10,617 bases of DNA from Candidatus Velthaea sp. (GTDB lineage Bacteria > Vulcanimicrobiota > Vulcanimicrobiia > Vulcanimicrobiales > Vulcanimicrobiaceae): the NCBI GenBank assembly GCA_050012475.1, contig JBEKHC010000130.1, forward strand, positions 1 through 10,617. The letters are read 5' to 3'. A model generated the notes under the pieces. The model did no database searches, was not told where the DNA came from, and saw only the letters and a program-made list of their open reading frames with translations. This document shows, one piece after another, positions 7,165 to 10,617 of the stretch (the first letter of the stretch is position 1; each line of letters starts with the position of its first letter). The position numbers and the translations under genes are program-made.

Positions 7165-8996
7165 TAAGTCCCGGCGTGCTTCTCCGATCCAGCCGGATCA
7201 TCTGCCGGGCGGCGGTTCTGGTTGCCGGGGCAACCGTCCTCGGCGCGTGCGGCGGCCGCGGGAGTTCGCTGCCGGCCGTCGCGGGCGTCGCTCGAACAAA
7301 TGAAGAAACGGGCGCGAACGCCTATCGGCACGACGGCGTCAAGCCGGCGCTGCTCGCAGGATATGGGCAAAGCGAACGGCAGGCCGAACGCCGCCGGATC
7401 GCCGGCGTTCGCGGTCCCGTTCGACCTGCCGGTGCGCACGGGCAGCGCTTCGCGGTGCGGCGCCCAACTAGCGGCACCGGATCCCCAGCGGCCCCAACGT
7501 CGGCGCTCGTCCTCTATGACGGGGGCGGACAATGGAACGATCTCGGCGAGTTGTACGCGGCGGCGACGGCAAATCTGTGCGGTCATTTCGGCGCAGTCAC
7601 GATCGAGCCGGTGGCAGCATATGCCGCTGGCCAGATCGCCGCTGCCACCGCCACGATCTATATCGGATCCCAGTATTCGACGTCGCCCGCCGATTTGCCG
7701 GCGGCGTTCTTTGCCGACGTGGTCGCGAGCGTGCATCCCGTGCTCTGGCTTGGCGACAACATTTGGGATCTTGCCCAAGCGGTCGGTCCGCAAGATTTCG
7801 TTCTGCAATACGGCTGGGATCCGATCCATTCATATTTTGCGCCCGCCGGCGGCGTAACGCAGGTGCTCTACCAAGGACAGACGCTTACGCGCAGCGTGCC
7901 GCCGCAGGACGATCTGGGCGTGATCGTGCCGGCTTTGGTCGACGGATACTCGGGCGCTTTGAGCGTCGTCGCAACGGCGGTGAACACCGGCAGCTCGCCG
8001 CAAACGACATTCCCGTGGGCCATTCGCTCGAGTAATTTGACCTATATCGGCGAAGTGCCGTTCACGTATCTCAACGAGACCGATCGGTTAATCGCGCTCG
8101 AAGATATCCTGTTCGATCAGCTTGCTCCGCTGACGCCGGCACGGCACCGCGCGCTGGTGCGGCTCGAAGATCTCGACGCAGCCGACGACATGGAGCAGAT
8201 TCGCGCAACGGCCGACTATCTCTACGGCGCCGGTGTCCCGTTCGGCTTCAACGTCATTCCGCAATACGAAGATCCGCTGGGCGCCCATAACAACGGCGTT
8301 CCGCGCTCGGTGTCCTTGCCCGGGGCACCGGCACTCGTGTCGACGATTGCCTATCTCCGGTCGCACGGCGGCACGCTGATCGAGGAGGGCTACACCCATC
8401 AGTACGACAGCCGTCTCAATCCGTACTCCGGAGCGAGCGGAGACGACGCTGAGTTTTTTCTCGCTCATCTCGACCCGAACGCCAATGTCGTTTGGGATGG
8501 CCCGGTACCCGAAACGTCGGCGAGTTGGGCCCTGGCTCGGGTTGATGCCGGCGTAGCGGCATTTCGCTCCGTCGGACTGCCGGCTCCGGCTTTGTGGGTA
8601 ACGCCCCACTACTTTGCAACGGACGTCGACTACGCTGCGGTGGCCGCGCGGATCGGGGCTCGCTACGAGCGGTCGATCTACTACGCCGGCACCGTTGCGG
8701 GGACCAGTCCGGACTACACGCAGTATATCGGGCAATTTTTTCCCTATATCGTAAACGACGTCTACGGAACAAAAGTAATCCCCGAGAATCTCGGGGATTA
8801 CCAGCCGTTAGCCGAAAACGGTCATCCGGCCCGTTTGGCGGCCGATATCGTCGCCGCCGCGAAAGACAACCTTGCGGTGCGCGACGGCTTCGCCAGCTTT
8901 TTCTACGATCCGGCGAAGGGCATCGACGCACTGCAAACGACCGTCACCGGCATCAAAGGTTTGGGTTATACGTTCGTCGATCCGGGATCGCTTTGA
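7161..8996 (+). CDS. DUF2334-type deacetylase-like lipoprotein, paralog 2 (substituted active site)
   Basis: Collinear with paralog 1 throughout (ALVLYD, GELYA, WLGDNIW, FPWAIRSSNLTYIGEVPF, RHRALVRLEDLDA, TPHYFATD, IGQFFPY, RDGFASFFY, GIKGLGYTFV). Lipobox VLGA|CGG. Translationally coupled to the upstream gene by ATGA. Confidence 0.85.
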   Translation: MISPGVLLRSSRIICRAAVLVAGATVLGACGGRGSSLPAVAGVARTNEETGANAYRHDGVKPALLAGYGQSERQAERRRIAGVRGPVRPAGAHGQRFAVRRPTSGTGSPAAPTSALVLYDGGGQWNDLGELYAAATANLCGHFGAVTIEPVAAYAAGQIAAATATIYIGSQYSTSPADLPAAFFADVVASVHPVLWLGDNIWDLAQAVGPQDFVLQYGWDPIHSYFAPAGGVTQVLYQGQTLTRSVPPQDDLGVIVPALVDGYSGALSVVATAVNTGSSPQTTFPWAIRSSNLTYIGEVPFTYLNETDRLIALEDILFDQLAPLTPARHRALVRLEDLDAADDMEQIRATADYLYGAGVPFGFNVIPQYEDPLGAHNNGVPRSVSLPGAPALVSTIAYLRSHGGTLIEEGYTHQYDSRLNPYSGASGDDAEFFLAHLDPNANVVWDGPVPETSASWALARVDAGVAAFRSVGLPAPALWVTPHYFATDVDYAAVAARIGARYERSIYYAGTVAGTSPDYTQYIGQFFPYIVNDVYGTKVIPENLGDYQPLAENGHPARLAADIVAAAKDNLAVRDGFASFFYDPAKGIDALQTTVTGIKGLGYTFVDPGSL

Positions 8997-10070
8997 TCAG
9001 TTGTACGACTCCAGTTCGGTCAGCAACGGCTTGCTCGTCGGAACGCAATCCTCGGCGAAATACCACCAGAAGTCGCCCCCGACGAAGCGTGGGATCGCCG
9101 GAAACTGCAAGCCGTAGTAATACTGCATGATATTCTCGGCCTGGCTGAGGTTAGAAGACGTCGCTGGATTGTCCATGCCGATTTCGCCGAAACCGATCTG
9201 CGCGTTCGGAAAATCTGCCGCAAGCTGCGAGAAAAGCACATTCCATTGCGCTTGCGTGGGCCGGATGCCGTTGTTGTCGGTTTCGTAGTAGGAAACCAGC
9301 ACGTAGTCGAGCCCCGCGTGCATGTCGCTGGGAACATTCGCCGTGTTTTCTTCCCACGGAATCATGTCGTAGCCGGGGGTGACCGTCTGGGGCGGCTCGT
9401 AGTACAGCGTCATTTCGGTCTTACCGCCGGCGGCTTTGACGGCGCTGAACGATTCATGAATTTTCGCCGGAACGTCGGAGCCGAGCCATTCGCCGTTGAC
9501 CTCGTTTCCGATCTCCCAAACGTCCACGCTGCTTCCCAGGGTGGACAAGTACTGGTTGGTGCGGGTAAGTACCGAGGAAACCGAGACGGAACCGATGTCC
9601 GATGAGTCGAGCAGCTCGCCCATCGTGTAACCGACCGCGTCGAATTGTTTGATCGCCTGCGTATAGTAACTCGCCGACTCTTGGCGATCGAAGACGACGC
9701 GGGTGACGGGATTTTTGAGCAAAGCCAAGGACGAAACGACTCCGCTCGCGTTCGATATGTCGTCGACGGTAACGCCGAGCATCGGCTTGGGTAACGTTCG
9801 TCCGCTAACCGGCGAACTCGAGGGTTGCGGCGTCGGTGATGGCGACGGCGACGGCGACCCATGGCGATGTCCCAGCGTCCCTAAAGCGGCGTCGTCGACG
9901 GCATCGGCCGGAGCGGGTCGCGCGAATCGGCGCAGCGCGTGTTTTGCTGCAACCGACGAGTTCGACGTTGCTGACGCCGATGCGGTTGCATCGCTCGGCG
10001 GCAACGACGAAGGCGCGGCGTTACAGCCGGCCAAAAGAGAAACTAACAATACGGCAAGACGTCTACGCAT
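8997..10070 (-). CDS. Lipoprotein with putative clan GH-A (TIM-barrel) glycoside hydrolase domain
   Basis: Lipobox LLAG|C (Cys 10023-10025), a Ser/Ala/Pro linker, then GVTVDD, RVVFD, VWEIGNEVNGEW (NE acid/base motif, Glu 9501-9503), LDYVLVSYY, IGFGEIG (candidate nucleophile Glu 9183-9185) and GGDFWWYF. Confidence 0.75.
   Translation of the reverse strand: MRRRLAVLLVSLLAGCNAAPSSLPPSDATASASATSNSSVAAKHALRRFARPAPADAVDDAALGTLGHRHGSPSPSPSPTPQPSSSPVSGRTLPKPMLGVTVDDISNASGVVSSLALLKNPVTRVVFDRQESASYYTQAIKQFDAVGYTMGELLDSSDIGSVSVSSVLTRTNQYLSTLGSSVDVWEIGNEVNGEWLGSDVPAKIHESFSAVKAAGGKTEMTLYYEPPQTVTPGYDMIPWEENTANVPSDMHAGLDYVLVSYYETDNNGIRPTQAQWNVLFSQLAADFPNAQIGFGEIGMDNPATSSNLSQAENIMQYYYGLQFPAIPRFVGGDFWWYFAEDCVPTSKPLLTELESYN
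9835..9858. repeat. Hexamer repeat encoding Ser-Pro linker
   Basis: GGTGAT-(GGCGAC)x3 on the + strand encodes SPSPSPSP in the minus-strand lipoprotein. Confidence 0.7.
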
Positions 10071-10522
10071 TCTGCATTCTCAATCTATTTTTAAAGTAAG
10101 CGACAAGCATTTCACAATAATTGGAAGATTGCGTACGGTTGTCGTCAGACGTATCGGTCGCGCGGAACGGGAAAGTTATTGCAGTGGCAGCGTGACGTTA
10201 ACAGTGTGCTTGTTAGCACAAACGATCGCCAACGTCTATGCCGGACATCACGCTTCTTGCTGGACTGTGTGCCTGCGAACGTTGTTGGATGCGATCGCGA
10301 CGTGACTATCCAAGCGTCGCGAAAAGTAAAGCCGCGCGGTGATTGGAGGCACATTGCGGCTGCAGCCCTAACGATTTAGATGGAACGCGCCCGTTGTCGC
10401 CAAAGTAAAGTTAGGAACCGTTGCGTGACAATGCTAACTAAAAAAAGTAGTGCATGGTGACGTTGGCGCGGTGGTTCGAAGCGTCAAGAAAGGCCCCGTG
10501 GTCGTCGTTGCGTTTATCGCTT
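10071..10522. promoter_or_regulatory. AT-richer intergenic region, probable promoter region of the minus-strand GH-like gene
   Basis: No convincing ORF and visibly lower GC (e.g. 10071-10130, 10430-10450). I found no clean -35/-10 pair and no SD before ATG 10070. Confidence 0.45.
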
Positions 10523-10617
10523 GGCGTGTTTTCCCACGGCGTCGTTTCCCCACGGCGTTGTTTCCCCACGGCGTTGTTTCCCCACGGCGTTGTTTCCCCA
10601 CGCCGTGTTTCCCACGG
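10523..10617. repeat. 16-bp tandem repeat (minisatellite), running off the window end
   Basis: Consensus GGCGTTGTTTCCCCAC. Exact copies at 10554-10569, 10570-10585 and 10586-10601; one-mismatch copy at 10538-10553; shorter variants at 10523-10537 (15 bp) and 10602-10615 (14 bp); a further unit begins at 10616. Confidence 0.95.

Noticed and set aside
166..9862. Long overlapping ORFs such as 166-1086 (+), 327-1163 (-), 2004-3095 (-), 3935-5380 (-), 7110-7829 (-), 8088-8735 (-)
   Set aside because: Shadow ORFs of well-supported genes, with no recognisable motifs.
10023..10070. Tat signal in the GH-like protein (MRRRL)
   Set aside because: It lacks the S/T-R-R-x-F-L context; a short basic n-region plus LLAGC fits an ordinary Sec lipoprotein.
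9703..10379. ORFs 9703-10305 (+), 10145-10354 (-), 10179-10379 (+)
   Set aside because: The first is largely antisense to the GH-like gene; the others are short, with no SD or recognisable features.
10523..10617. CRISPR array (GTTTCCCCACG resembles the 5' half of some type I-E repeats)
   Set aside because: Units are head-to-tail with no spacers, only 14-16 bp long, and no cas genes are in the window.
10523..10617. DnaA-box cluster / oriC
   Set aside because: TT(T/C)CCCACG has 2-3 mismatches to TTWTNCACA, and no origin-associated genes are visible.

Overview
High-GC bacterial DNA carrying a compact surface-glycan (exopolysaccharide) locus built around an NfrB-family GT2 synthase. The genes in order are: a TPR + beta-barrel NfrA-like exporter (+), a short nfrB-like synthase lacking the C-terminal c-di-GMP-binding region (+), a DUF2334-type polysaccharide deacetylase lipoprotein (+), an antisense gene for a probably exported, phage tail-fibre-like beta protein (-), a ConA/DUF1080-like beta-sandwich protein (+), a second DUF2334 paralog (+), and a convergent clan GH-A-like lipoprotein (-). 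An AT-richer intergenic region and a 16-bp tandem repeat run to the window end. The most notable signals are that paralog 2 has two predicted active-site histidines replaced by carboxylates (HGYTH to EGYTH, FFYHP to FFYDP), and that a tail-fibre-like protein with a signal peptide (apparently CTG-initiated) sits inside a locus homologous to the phage N4 glycan-receptor system. Structured intergenic elements are also present. All family calls come from motif recognition by eye; no searches were run.
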